From a virus: DNA of 64,000 nucleotides. Every line of letters begins with the position of its first letter. Positions within the stretch are counted from its first letter, which is position 1. This document shows positions 30,401 to 39,531 of the stretch, in pieces. Where the stretch lies: positions 41,512 to 105,511 of IMG/VR virus record IMGVR_UViG_3300038468_000223; one strand, 5' to 3'. Under the pieces are notes generated by a model. The model ran no database searches, was not told the origin of the DNA, and saw nothing but the letters and a program-made list of their open reading frames with translations. The position numbers were made by a program, and so were the translations under genes.

Positions 30401-30729
30401 GTGCGCTTTCCGGTCGCATCAGGTGGCTAGGCTTCATGCCGAGCCCCTCTAGGGTCGCGGACACGCCGATCCAGGCGACAGCAGCCGACATCATGAACTA
30501 TCGGCTGATCGAGATCGATCAACTCCTGCTCGATCGCGGTTACTACAGGCGCGGCGTGCGGATCGTGGCGCAGATCCACGACGCCGTCATCTTCGACGTC
30601 CCCGAACCTCTCGTGGAAGAGATCAAGCAGCTCATCAGGGAGGTGATGGGTCAGAAGGTGAAGATCGGCGGCAAGGCGCGCACGTTCCCCATCGACATGA
30701 AAGAGGGCGCGCGCTGGAGCGAACTCTGA
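27499..30729 (+). CDS. polA: Family A DNA polymerase fused to DUF4326, YspA/SLOG-like, family-4 uracil-DNA glycosylase and 3'-5' exonuclease domains
   Basis: VYVGRPSVWGNPY/LGCWCKPKACH (DUF4326); ILVTGDREW/VHGGCRGLD/RN..ML/SRGT..MV (SLOG); VGMNPG..E...RPF.G.SG/TVHPAFVLR (UDG); DIET, FHNGLSFD, YNAID (exo); DMSQVEPR, R...K.....NY, QIHDA (PolA motifs A/B/C). Confidence 0.92.
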   Translation: MATTVGHWKRDADCDVYVGRPSVWGNPYKVGRNGTREEVLQKYEEFLKARPAFVERARRELKGKKLGCWCKPKACHADILARYVDAPPPPLPDHGPNYVVCPKCRCAYYHTLWKEKGCSTCGIPLGESPVVRPKKILVTGDREWTDRKAVLRELRAFPEGTILVHGGCRGLDTIAAKIGARRGFVVREYKAKWTARGAVAGHERNAEMLAREHLPEEPIDLALAFHDDLTRSRGTADMVRKIALARIPHRVVKSRAGAPASAGAPVPSVPSVQSDGALKVPARQLPVYDPRAHGALCDECPLSGRVVVPPSPPTAPVEGIVVGMNPGAEEERSRRPFCGPSGRLLDRLLDKNDLRREAFHVTNAWLCRHRDEVEAFEASRCCRPRLHREIDSYDKSIPVMTTGKEAFQSAFGRKGAMTKLRGFQWKKEDGREFYPTVHPAFVLRDKIQFPLISRDFQRFAKRIHLGHLPLERTHYVYRKHTPRTLPRLRRLLRRFGDGIVACDIETTEEPPTVAELQCVGISDGRRTIVVPWQPEFKEPLAAFFKDRRVIFHNGLSFDTIVLTRYGIPIKKVEDTLIAHHTFASHFRQGLDHVASFYLDTIPWKLLYGKAAGDEKGVAKIQDERTFFKYNAIDVHHTFRVWQEMQKDLEPFLSLYKHDKRLAVVGRRMTRHGIRVDRPRRKELIKAITEKEERLVRQMREECGREDLVPTKVDDIRAILYEQFGAPVIERTEKDCKPSTGKKILQSFAEAVDRPYAKFCRDLVDWRTCTKMKKTYLVNLPIDKDGRVRPSWRSFGAYTGRFACRRPNLMNLKRMNKRYKDEPEQHIRSIYIPSKGCKFVTYDMSQVEPRVAAYISNDEAFIAAIETGDFHTNNAIVLFGECPELLDLKRAKDGDGKPKRDVAKSCGLAVNYLAEAPALKDFLASQDYFVKLSDIQVMIDRLRKKYHVYFKFVANNIELVQRQGWLRIGALSGRIRWLGFMPSPSRVADTPIQATAADIMNYRLIEIDQLLLDRGYYRRGVRIVAQIHDAVIFDVPEPLVEEIKQLIREVMGQKVKIGGKARTFPIDMKEGARWSEL

Positions 30730-30844
30730 GCGAGGTTGCTGGACAGCGGTCGAGCAGGGGTCTAGTCTCTCGAGAAAAGGGGGGATGCGACGGCCGTCTT
30801 GCTCAAAGCGGCCGAGCGGTTACGTTCGCGCGAGGAGGCGGACA

Positions 30845-31549
30845 ATGTCTTGCGGCTGCGATCAGAAGACCAGGCGGGTGCTCGATCCCGCGGCGACCGA
30901 GGGTCCGGTGCTCGTGGTGGCGGACGGCGAGGAGGACGCGGCCTTCGCGTGCGGGTCGGAGGAGTGTGGCGCCGAGGTCGCGCCCGCCATCCGGGCGGTG
31001 CGGGTCGAGCGCGCGCGCAAGGCTGGGGACGCGTACGAGGTGACCGAACAAGAGGTCGCGCTGCCGGAGTCCTTCGGCGCAGCCTCGCAGGACAGTCCCG
31101 GCTGCCTGCCGTGGGTCCGGATCACGCACGACACCAAGCGCTACAAGGCCTGCCTCGCCGCCGCGCGGCGCATGGGGCAGATGACCGACTCGTCGCGCCT
31201 CTACGCGGTCATCAAGGATCACATGATGGCACAGGAGCAGGAATGCTTCCTGGTCATCATGGTGGACACGCAGCTCCACGTGCGCGGCGTCTCCGAGCTG
31301 ACGCGTGGGGCGCGCGACCGCGTGATGGCCCCCATCCCGGACGTGCTCCGCCTGCCGCTCGTGGACGGGGCGATGGGCTTCGCCGTCGCACACAACCACC
31401 CGTCGGGCAAGAGCCAACCCAGCAACGCCGACACGGAGCTGACCAGGGCGCTGAAGGCGGCGGCCGACACCGTGGAGCTGCTCCTCCTCGATCACCTCGT
31501 GGTCGGGATCGACAGCTACTACTCCTACCGCGACAACGGTCTGCTCTGA
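30845..31549 (+). CDS. RadC-like JAB/MPN domain protein
   Basis: QECFLV, AHNHPSG...PSNAD, LLDHLVV. Confidence 0.88.
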   Translation: MSCGCDQKTRRVLDPAATEGPVLVVADGEEDAAFACGSEECGAEVAPAIRAVRVERARKAGDAYEVTEQEVALPESFGAASQDSPGCLPWVRITHDTKRYKACLAAARRMGQMTDSSRLYAVIKDHMMAQEQECFLVIMVDTQLHVRGVSELTRGARDRVMAPIPDVLRLPLVDGAMGFAVAHNHPSGKSQPSNADTELTRALKAAADTVELLLLDHLVVGIDSYYSYRDNGLL

Positions 31550-31569
31550 TCGATGGAAGGAACAAGACG

Positions 31570-32295
31570 ATGAACGAGAGCGCTCAGCAGCCCAAGAAGA
31601 AGACCATGCGGGTCGTGCAGGTCCACTGCATGGACAAGTCGGTGTGGGGTCTCGGCCAGCCGATCCCGACCCGGCCGGAGACCGTCATCCGCAACATCGT
31701 CGTGGTCAACGACTGCGTCGAGGTCTTCGCGACGGACAACGCCAACGCGATGCAGGTGCCCCACGTCACGCTGTTCCCGCCGCTCGCCATGTGCGTCACC
31801 TCCGTGTGCCCGCTCGAGACCTGGCAGGAGATGATCGCCGACTACGAGCAGATGCAGTTCGCGGTGCAGCTCAACGAGGTGGCCGACCTGCACGGCAGCC
31901 AGTGGCGCGTCGGCGGGGCCGTTCCCGGATCGGAGGTGCCGCTTCGGATCGACCGCATCGTGCGCGAGCTGGGCGACGCCAGCGTCCACATCTTCGTCTC
32001 GCCGCTCCCCGGCAGCGACATGGCGCAGAAGGGGTTCGCCCTGTACTTCCGGCTCATGCCACTGACCGTGACCGCCGCCTCGACGATCCACAACCTCGCC
32101 AAGTCGCGCGAGATCATCACGATGCTCGAGGAGCTGCAGGCCGCCATCGAGGAGCCCGAGGAGGAGGACGACGACGAGGAAGAGGAGGAGGACGAGGAAG
32201 AGGAGGAGGTCGTGCAGGCCGCCGCCGCCCCTCCCGAGACCCCGCCGCTGCCGCCGCCCCCCAACGGAGCCCCCGAGGCCCCCTCCACCAACTGA
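31570..32295 (+). CDS. Hypothetical protein with internal duplication and acidic tail
   Basis: Two W..G..(I/V)P...I..IV repeats; poly-E/D tract. Confidence 0.6.
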   Translation: MNESAQQPKKKTMRVVQVHCMDKSVWGLGQPIPTRPETVIRNIVVVNDCVEVFATDNANAMQVPHVTLFPPLAMCVTSVCPLETWQEMIADYEQMQFAVQLNEVADLHGSQWRVGGAVPGSEVPLRIDRIVRELGDASVHIFVSPLPGSDMAQKGFALYFRLMPLTVTAASTIHNLAKSREIITMLEELQAAIEEPEEEDDDEEEEEDEEEEEVVQAAAAPPETPPLPPPPNGAPEAPSTN

Positions 32296-32304
32296 GAGGA
32301 TCCC

Positions 32305-32631
32305 ATGCCCTCACCCACCACGGCCACGCTCGTCTACACGGTGACGCGCGCGAAGCCGATCAAGATCGCCGACCTCGTCACCGCCGTGGGCAACGTGGTC
32401 CTGACCACCGACGAACTCACGCAGTGCGGCGTGACGCTCAACAGCGACATCACCGCGATGGTCGATGGCGATCACGCCGCGCGCACGATCGTGTTCGATC
32501 TGTCCGCCGACTTCATCGTGCAGTTCCCCGACAACACCGACCAGGCGGCGCCGTTCCGGGGTCTGTTCACCCAGACCCTCTCCGCCGCGCTCAAGACCGT
32601 CGTGGCGGCTGCGGCGCCCGTTCTCGCGTAG
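32305..32631 (+). CDS. Hypothetical protein
   Basis: GAGAGGA SD. Confidence 0.6.
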   Translation: MPSPTTATLVYTVTRAKPIKIADLVTAVGNVVLTTDELTQCGVTLNSDITAMVDGDHAARTIVFDLSADFIVQFPDNTDQAAPFRGLFTQTLSAALKTVVAAAAPVLA

Positions 32632-32639
32632 GAGGCAGC

Positions 32640-34511
32640 ATGGCCAGCCGGAAGAAGGAACCCAAGACGCCGCCCGACTTCGACGTGGATCTCGCGACCG
32701 TGACCGACAAGGTCTTCCCCGAGAGCGTCCCCAAGGAGGCGGACGGGACCGTCGCCGAGGAGGCCGTGATCTCGATCGAGACGGCGAAGAAGATCGGTGC
32801 CCTGAGCGCGGAGAGCGCGCGCGCCAACAAGGAGGCCGCGCGCGTCATCGACCAGAAGCTCGATCGAGTGACGAACGTGGCGTGGAACACGCGCGACGCG
32901 ATGTCGATGTTCGACAACGTGAGGACCCTGTGCGGGACGAGCCAGATCTACGTCCACGTCCACCGCGTGGACCCGGTACCGCCCGTGCAGTTCGATCCCA
33001 TCCGCATGAACAGCTTCCGGGACGCCCCGGAGCTGTACCAGTTCATCAAGAAGAACTGCCACAAGAAGCAGCGGGAGGCGAAGTACGTCCTCTACTTCCG
33101 CGAGGGCGGCAAGGAGCGCGGGCAGGCCGACCTCATCATGCCCGACACCATGGACGAGGAGCCCGGGATGTCACCACCGAACCAGCCACCGTTCTTTCCC
33201 TTCCCGCCGATCTACGGCTACCCGCCGCCCGGGTACGGTGCCCCCGGCTACGGCGGACCTCCGCCGGGCTACGGGGGCCCGCCCCCCGGCTACGGGCCGC
33301 CACCCTGGGGCCCCGCACCCTACGCCCCGCGGTCGCCGGAGCCGCCCCCCGGCGTCGCCGCACCCCCGGCACCCGCCCCGGCCCCGCCGCCCGCCCCCGT
33401 CGCGGGGCCCCCGACCGCGCCCGCCGGGCCCGCCCCGCCCGCACCCTACGGTGTGCCCCCGACGTACGACCCGGTGCACCAACACGTCGCGACGGTGTAC
33501 CAGGAGCTGCAGCGGACGCAGGGTCTGCTGGGTCAGAACCAGCTCCAGCTCGAACGCGCGCTCGCGCGGCTCGAGGCCTTCGAGCAGCACCAGCAGCACC
33601 AGCCGGCCGCGGCGCCCTCGCCGCCGGCGCCGGTGGCGGCGGCGCCCCCGGCTCCGCCCGCGGGGCAGTGGATCTGGAACGCCGCCCGCGGCGCCTACGA
33701 CTGGCAGGTGGCCCCGCCGCCGCCTCCTCCTCCTCCTCCCCCACCGCCTCCGCCTCCTCCGCCGCCGGCTCCCTCGTCGGCGATCTGGGACGCCGCGCGG
33801 CAGCAGTGGACCTACCCGGCCCCGCCGCCGCCTCCTCCTCCTCCCCCTCCACCGCCACCGACGCCGGTCATGACCCAGCAGGTCTGGGACCCGCATCAGC
33901 AGCGATGGGTGGCGAGCGTCGGCGTCAGCGGTCCGCCGGTGCCCCCGCCCGCTCCGCAGATGGCGCCCCCCGCGAGCTTCCTCGAGCAGGCGAAGGAGTT
34001 GGGGTCCGTCGCCCGCGCGCTGAGCAAGACCGTGCACGAGATCCGCGAGGCGACGGTGGAGATGTCGGGGTTCGACGACGACGACGAGGCGCCGCCGGCC
34101 CCACCACCGCCGCCGCCGGCGCCGCCGGAGCCCGGCGTGGCGGCGATGCCGGTCGGCGACTACCAGTACGTGTTCGATCCCAAGACCGGCAACCCCAACA
34201 TCACGGGGACCATCTTCGCGAACGTGAACAAGATCCCCGACCTCCTCAGCGGGCTGGCGACCGCACTCAAGGAGGTGCAGAAGGCGGCGCAGCCGCCCCC
34301 CACGCAGCTCGTGGAGCACGTCCGCGTCGTCCACGAACCCGCTCCACTGCCGCCGCGGCCCGCGCGTCCGGCGGCCCCGCCGGCGCCTCCGCCTCCTCCT
34401 CCACCGCCGCCTGCGGCAGCGGCAGCGGCGGCCCCCGTGCCGCCCACGCCGCCTCCGGCCGCACCGGCTCCGAGCTACATGCCGTCGCTCGACGTTCTCA
34501 ACGATTTCTAG
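32640..34511 (+). CDS. Large proline-rich protein
   Basis: GGAGG SD; PPGY repeats, poly-Pro, three (I/V)W(D/N)....(Q)W repeats. Confidence 0.75.
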   Translation: MASRKKEPKTPPDFDVDLATVTDKVFPESVPKEADGTVAEEAVISIETAKKIGALSAESARANKEAARVIDQKLDRVTNVAWNTRDAMSMFDNVRTLCGTSQIYVHVHRVDPVPPVQFDPIRMNSFRDAPELYQFIKKNCHKKQREAKYVLYFREGGKERGQADLIMPDTMDEEPGMSPPNQPPFFPFPPIYGYPPPGYGAPGYGGPPPGYGGPPPGYGPPPWGPAPYAPRSPEPPPGVAAPPAPAPAPPPAPVAGPPTAPAGPAPPAPYGVPPTYDPVHQHVATVYQELQRTQGLLGQNQLQLERALARLEAFEQHQQHQPAAAPSPPAPVAAAPPAPPAGQWIWNAARGAYDWQVAPPPPPPPPPPPPPPPPPPAPSSAIWDAARQQWTYPAPPPPPPPPPPPPPTPVMTQQVWDPHQQRWVASVGVSGPPVPPPAPQMAPPASFLEQAKELGSVARALSKTVHEIREATVEMSGFDDDDEAPPAPPPPPPAPPEPGVAAMPVGDYQYVFDPKTGNPNITGTIFANVNKIPDLLSGLATALKEVQKAAQPPPTQLVEHVRVVHEPAPLPPRPARPAAPPAPPPPPPPPPAAAAAAAPVPPTPPPAAPAPSYMPSLDVLNDF

Positions 34512-34553
34512 CCAGATCGAGCTGCGTGGTTCGACTGGTGATACAGTCGAGCC

Positions 34554-35828
34554 ATGTACCGCCACGTACATTCGATCGGGCTCGGCGCTTCCGAGTTCGA
34601 TCAAAATCTCACGACCTATTTGACGACGAACGCTCCGCCGGAGGTCAGGCAGGCGATCTCGACGGAGGCGTCGGCCGAGCAGTTCGCCGCGCGCTCTCAA
34701 GCCACGATCGATTCGATGCGCGACATCGCCGAGGGCAAACAGCTCACGGTGGCGCAAGCAACAACGATCCTGACCACTGCCGCGAGCGCGATGGCCTTCG
34801 TCGCTGCAGGAGGCGTCGGATCGATCCTCGCTGGTGCCGGAGCCGCGGCCGCCACGACCGTCGCGCTCGGCGCCGCCGCTTCGGCCGGTGCGGTGATGGC
34901 GGCGATGGTCGCGGTGGTCATCGTCGTGGTTGCGGCCGTCGGATGGGCGCAAGGTGGGACGGGCAAGTGCGGGGACGCCTCGACGATCCCGTCCAGCCCT
35001 ACCGATCCTAGGTGGGTGGAGTTCACGGAATACGGACCAATCGCACAGCCTCGAAATGACTTCGAACGCTGGGCATCTCCAGTTCTAGTTCTGAACCACG
35101 AAATGAACGACAACTGCAGAAGCAGTCTGCCGGACCTTGTGCAGACGCTAGCATCGTTGTGGAATGAGCGGCACGAGGCCACGTCGATCCTGACCTACAT
35201 CGGTTACGACATCGACAAGCTTCCTACTTCAGGCCGATACAATTGGCCTGTCTACCCCAATCCACTCAACATCGTCGAGTTCGACCTGCGTGGTGGATCG
35301 ACACTCGGCGCGCCGAAAAAGATCTCCGTCAATCTCGGCAAGTTCATTCCTACTACACCTGCAGAGAAGTCGTTGCTGGTTGGACAGCTCAAAAAGGTGA
35401 GCCTGGTCGAACAACTAAACCTGAGCACGCCGTCGACGCAGTCTGCACAAACATCAACCGCGTCGAAAGTGATCGCTGGAGTCGCGGTGACCGCAGCGAT
35501 TTCTGCCGCGGCACTTTGGGCGTACGCCTACTACCAGAAGATCACCTTCGGGTCGGCGTTGTACAAGGTGGTGGGGCGCTTCGCGAAAGAGAACCCGATC
35601 GCCGTCGACGTTCCGCGCCGACGCACGTCGAAGGGACGCAGGCTGGCCTATCGCGTCAGACTCGATGCGTCGCCCTCGATGGAGTATGTTCAGGTCATGC
35701 CGGATGGATCAGCGATCCTGTTGCGCCACGGCCACCAGGTTGCGAAGTTCCGGCCTACGACCTACCAGCTCCCGAAGATCCATGCCGGCGACGGCGAGCT
35801 TCTGATCTTCGTCGATCAGCTCATCTGA
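34554..35828 (+). CDS. Membrane protein, putative virion component
   Basis: N-terminal IGLG, two hydrophobic segments, AKENP after the second TM. Confidence 0.7.
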   Translation: MYRHVHSIGLGASEFDQNLTTYLTTNAPPEVRQAISTEASAEQFAARSQATIDSMRDIAEGKQLTVAQATTILTTAASAMAFVAAGGVGSILAGAGAAAATTVALGAAASAGAVMAAMVAVVIVVVAAVGWAQGGTGKCGDASTIPSSPTDPRWVEFTEYGPIAQPRNDFERWASPVLVLNHEMNDNCRSSLPDLVQTLASLWNERHEATSILTYIGYDIDKLPTSGRYNWPVYPNPLNIVEFDLRGGSTLGAPKKISVNLGKFIPTTPAEKSLLVGQLKKVSLVEQLNLSTPSTQSAQTSTASKVIAGVAVTAAISAAALWAYAYYQKITFGSALYKVVGRFAKENPIAVDVPRRRTSKGRRLAYRVRLDASPSMEYVQVMPDGSAILLRHGHQVAKFRPTTYQLPKIHAGDGELLIFVDQLI

Positions 35829-35841
35829 GGAGAACGCCACG

Positions 35842-36582
35842 ATGCCCACGCTCACGCATCCGATCTTCAGCTCGGCGTACAACTTCGTGCAGCAGCAGCC
35901 GGTAGCCGCCGTGCAGCCGCTGCCGCCGACGCAGACGGTGACGACGCCGATCCAGACGCAGTCTCCGTCACCGCCGGTGATGGCGGTGAATCCGCAGGCG
36001 CCGGTCACGGCGGCGGTCCCCAACACGAACGGCCTCACCGAGATTGCGGACCGCCTGCTCGCGATGGACCAGGCGGCAGGAGGGCCGCAGAACATCGCGC
36101 AGAACATCGCGGCGGTCCAGAGCAACACCTCCTTCGGACCCGGGAACCCTCCGGTACGCCTGCTCACGGGGCTGCAGAACACGCTCTACGGCAACCCGAC
36201 CCAGAACCCGACCCAGTACAACGCCGATCAGCTCAAGGCGTCGGCGACGTACCTGCGCGACGTGGCAACGCACATGACGGCGCTCGAGGCGCAGGTGGCG
36301 ACCCTGCAGCAGCAGCTCGCTGCGGCCAACGCCGTCCCCACCACCACGAACGTGACGGTGCCGCAGGCACCGGCGTCGGGGTCGAGCATCAACTGGACCA
36401 CGCTCCTCGTCAGCGTGGGCGTCATCGCGGCGGTCGGCATCGGCGCTTGGTACGTGATGACGCACCGTCGGAAGCCGGCCGGAGTGCGCGAGGAGGAAGA
36501 GGAAGAGGCTCCGCCGCGCGTGATCGGCGGCGAGAACAAGCGCCTGTTCCCGCCGGCGCCGTCGCAGAAGCGGAAGAAGTGA
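35842..36582 (+). CDS. Single-TM putative virion protein
   Basis: GAGGAG SD; coiled coil, TM, basic/acidic tail. Confidence 0.7.
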   Translation: MPTLTHPIFSSAYNFVQQQPVAAVQPLPPTQTVTTPIQTQSPSPPVMAVNPQAPVTAAVPNTNGLTEIADRLLAMDQAAGGPQNIAQNIAAVQSNTSFGPGNPPVRLLTGLQNTLYGNPTQNPTQYNADQLKASATYLRDVATHMTALEAQVATLQQQLAAANAVPTTTNVTVPQAPASGSSINWTTLLVSVGVIAAVGIGAWYVMTHRRKPAGVREEEEEEAPPRVIGGENKRLFPPAPSQKRKK

Positions 36583-36592
36583 GGAGAGGACG

Positions 36593-37324
36593 ATGAGGAA
36601 GATCAAGGCAGCAAAGAAGATCAAACACGGCGCGTACCGCGGCTGGGAAGTGATGGTCATCGACGCGACTGGCGATGGATTCCCCGGATTGTGGTGGGCG
36701 CACGCCAAACCTGCCGGCCATGCCCAATGGGTGATCTCCACCGAGCAGCGTTCATCCGCACAAGCGTTCGCTGTCATCCACCACAAGATCGACAAGATCC
36801 TCGCGCGCGCTGGTTTCCAGAAGAACCCCGTCAGCAACACCGAGACTGCCGTCATGATCGTCCTCGGAGCGGCGGCCGTCGGGGCGCTGCTCTACGCCTT
36901 CTGGCCCAAGTCGACGGCGGCGGCACCCGCCGTCACGCCGGCACCCGCACCGACGCCCGTACCGGCTCCGGTGACCAAGCCGAGCATCCCGGTCGCGACC
37001 AACAAGACGGTGGCCGTCGGTCCCGAGGCCAACGGGCAGACCATCACCCTGAACGTAGGGGACGTCCTCATCGTCCGCCTGCCGCAGCAGTCGGACACGG
37101 GCTACGTCTGGGAGTTCGCCGTCACAGGGACCTCGGTCGCTCCCAACACGAGCTACACCGAGGGCGGTACGGGCCCCGGCGACGTCCAGACGCTGGTGTC
37201 GGTCTTCAACGTCATGAGCCCCGGTTCGACCTTCGTCTCGGCGGTCTCACGCCGCGGCGGCGCGTTCGGCCAGAGCTTCACCGTCGCAGTCAACGTCCCC
37301 TCCACCACCGGCATCGAGGTCTGA
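36593..37324 (+). CDS. TM protein with C-terminal chagasin (I42 cysteine-protease inhibitor)-like domain
   Basis: NGQTITLNVGDVLIVRLPQQSDTGYVW...G.G...F....PG.T.V....RR matches the I42 pattern (NPTTGY.W variant); KNP before TM. Confidence 0.65.
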   Translation: MRKIKAAKKIKHGAYRGWEVMVIDATGDGFPGLWWAHAKPAGHAQWVISTEQRSSAQAFAVIHHKIDKILARAGFQKNPVSNTETAVMIVLGAAAVGALLYAFWPKSTAAAPAVTPAPAPTPVPAPVTKPSIPVATNKTVAVGPEANGQTITLNVGDVLIVRLPQQSDTGYVWEFAVTGTSVAPNTSYTEGGTGPGDVQTLVSVFNVMSPGSTFVSAVSRRGGAFGQSFTVAVNVPSTTGIEV

Positions 37325-37327
37325 TCC

Positions 37328-39466
37328 ATGAGCGGCTTCGCCCCCGGCGTCGACAGCGCCCGCAAGAACCTGAACGGCGTCACGATCACCGAGAAGGCGT
37401 TCCCGCAGAACGCCGCGCACGGGGCGAAGTTCAGTCTGGAGGAGGTCGCCGCTCGCATCCTCAAGGGCGGCGCCGATCCGCGGATCCGCGGGTGGGCAGG
37501 CAAGGCGCTCGTCGAGGCGGGCTCGCCGAGCGACCGCCGGGAGCAGGCGCGTGCGGTGCTCAAGAAGCTGCGCTCGCAGACGGTCTACGTCGCCGATCCC
37601 GTCGGCGTCGAGTTCATCGCCGACGCGAAGTACACGCTCTGCCTCGACGAGCTGGGGCTGTGCCTTCCTGGGGCGGATTGCTTTCCGAAGGGAACGCTCC
37701 TGCTTCGCGACGACCTCGAACTCGTTCCGATCGAGGACATCCAGGTCGGCAACAAGATCTGGGGCTTGGACCAGTGGACGACCGTGCAGGCGAAGGCTTC
37801 CAAGGGCATCCTTGCGATCGATGCCCTCTTCTTGAACAACGGCTCGGTCGTCAAGCTCACCGGCGATCATCACGTCTACGTGGGTCGCTGCGAACAACAT
37901 GGACATGCCTGTTCGTGCAGATGGTCCGAGCGAAAGGAACAGCGCATCCGCGTCTCCGATCTTCGAGAAGGGGACGTGCTTGCGCAGCCCGAACGTGTTC
38001 CGTTCGGAGAAACCCCCATCTGGCGGCTCGGCGGCGATGAGTGGGCGATCTCACCGAATCGGCTGAAAGAAGATCGTGCGCCCGGTCGAATGCTTCGGGT
38101 CAAAGGGATCGAACGCGCGGTGATGGAGGTTCCGTGCTTCGACATCCAGACCGAGGACCACCGCGTCTACCTGCCCGAGCACGACGTGACGGTGAGCAAC
38201 TGCGACGATCTCGCGGTGGCCCTCGGCTCCGGACTGCTCGCCCTCGGCATCCCGGTGCAGGTCGTCGCCCAGTCCTTCGACAACTCGGGCATCCCGTCAC
38301 ACGTCCTCGTCGCCGCCGAGACGAGCCCCGACTACTGGGAGCGCGTCGATCCCTCGTCGCGCACCTACGACGTCGGTCAGTACTACCCCGCCGCTCGCGA
38401 GTGGTGGTTCGACCCTACCGGCGAGATCAAGCTCTCCGACGGCCGGCTGCGCGGCAGGTTCGTCGGCGTCGGGAACCTGCCGGACGTCTTCCCCGGCTAC
38501 CCGGGCACCGGGCTCGGGCAGTACGAGAACGTCTCGTTCCAGATCCCCAACATGACGCCCGAGCCGACGGCGAAGCAGAAGGAGGCCGTCTTCCTCACCG
38601 CGACCGAGCAGCTCTACGCCGCCGTCAACGGGCTCGACCTCGCGGTGACCGGACTGGAGAAGGCCGTCGGGCAGCTCGAGAGCGTACGACAGGTCCTGCG
38701 CCCCAGCGATCCGTTCGACCCCGGTGCGGAGGTGACCAGCGTCTCGCAGTTCCCGCGCGACGGGACGTGGTCGAAGAACATGAGCGCGATCTCGCACTGG
38801 CTGATCGACACGGGCAAGCGGCTCGTGAAGGCCGGCCGCGAGGCGCTCGCCGGCGGCCGGCGCATCTTCCTCGATCAGAAGACGCAGGACGCGTACATCG
38901 AGGGCAACGACTCCGACCCCTTCCGCCTCAACACCATCTTCAAGGTGAACGACGCGGTGCTCGCGTTCGTCAACCCACTCGGCGCCGCAGTCGCCGGGCT
39001 CACCGCGAAGGAAGGTCGCGTCCTCTCCAAGGAGGAGACGGAGGCCGAGCTGCTCGCCGCGCGGTCCAGCACGAGCGCGCAGGGCATGCAGCAAGGGCTC
39101 GGCAACCCCATCATCATCGTCGTCGTCGCCGTGGTCGCCGGCGTCATCGTCACCGGCATCGTCGCGATGCTGATCGTCAAGGAGTGGTGCCACACCGCCG
39201 AGGTGACCGCGATCGAGGCCACCAGGCAGGAGATGATGAAGTGTGTCGCCGCCGGCAGGTGCACACCCGACGACGTCATCAAGATGGAAAAGCAGCAGCA
39301 CGACAACCGCGTCGCCGAAGAGAAGGCCCGGTCCGAGAGCGACTTCTTCTCCAAGCTGGAGAAGATCGCGATCTACATGGCCGTCGGCGGCGCCGTCATC
39401 GCCGGTGCCTACGTCGCGGCCCCCGTCGTGAAGACCTTCGCCGAGAAGTGGAGCCACCGCACCTGA
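37328..39466 (+). CDS. Transglutaminase-like cysteine protease with intein and two C-terminal TM helices
   Basis: YVADP..VE; spliced GADCDDLAV..GS.L..LGIP; SHV; W..VDP (Cys-His-Asp triad). Confidence 0.85.
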   Translation: MSGFAPGVDSARKNLNGVTITEKAFPQNAAHGAKFSLEEVAARILKGGADPRIRGWAGKALVEAGSPSDRREQARAVLKKLRSQTVYVADPVGVEFIADAKYTLCLDELGLCLPGADCFPKGTLLLRDDLELVPIEDIQVGNKIWGLDQWTTVQAKASKGILAIDALFLNNGSVVKLTGDHHVYVGRCEQHGHACSCRWSERKEQRIRVSDLREGDVLAQPERVPFGETPIWRLGGDEWAISPNRLKEDRAPGRMLRVKGIERAVMEVPCFDIQTEDHRVYLPEHDVTVSNCDDLAVALGSGLLALGIPVQVVAQSFDNSGIPSHVLVAAETSPDYWERVDPSSRTYDVGQYYPAAREWWFDPTGEIKLSDGRLRGRFVGVGNLPDVFPGYPGTGLGQYENVSFQIPNMTPEPTAKQKEAVFLTATEQLYAAVNGLDLAVTGLEKAVGQLESVRQVLRPSDPFDPGAEVTSVSQFPRDGTWSKNMSAISHWLIDTGKRLVKAGREALAGGRRIFLDQKTQDAYIEGNDSDPFRLNTIFKVNDAVLAFVNPLGAAVAGLTAKEGRVLSKEETEAELLAARSSTSAQGMQQGLGNPIIIVVVAVVAGVIVTGIVAMLIVKEWCHTAEVTAIEATRQEMMKCVAAGRCTPDDVIKMEKQQHDNRVAEEKARSESDFFSKLEKIAIYMAVGGAVIAGAYVAAPVVKTFAEKWSHRT
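37679..38200 (+). mobile_element. Mini-intein (174 aa, no homing endonuclease)
   Basis: N-terminal CFPKGTLL, PIEDIQVG, block B LTGDH, block F CFDIQTEDH, C-terminal VSN followed by Cys+1. Confidence 0.9.
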
Positions 39467-39531
39467 CACACCCAGTGAGCCCTCAACGTTCGAACGTTGA
39501 GGCCTGCACTGGTTGGGTGCAGACTCCTGGT

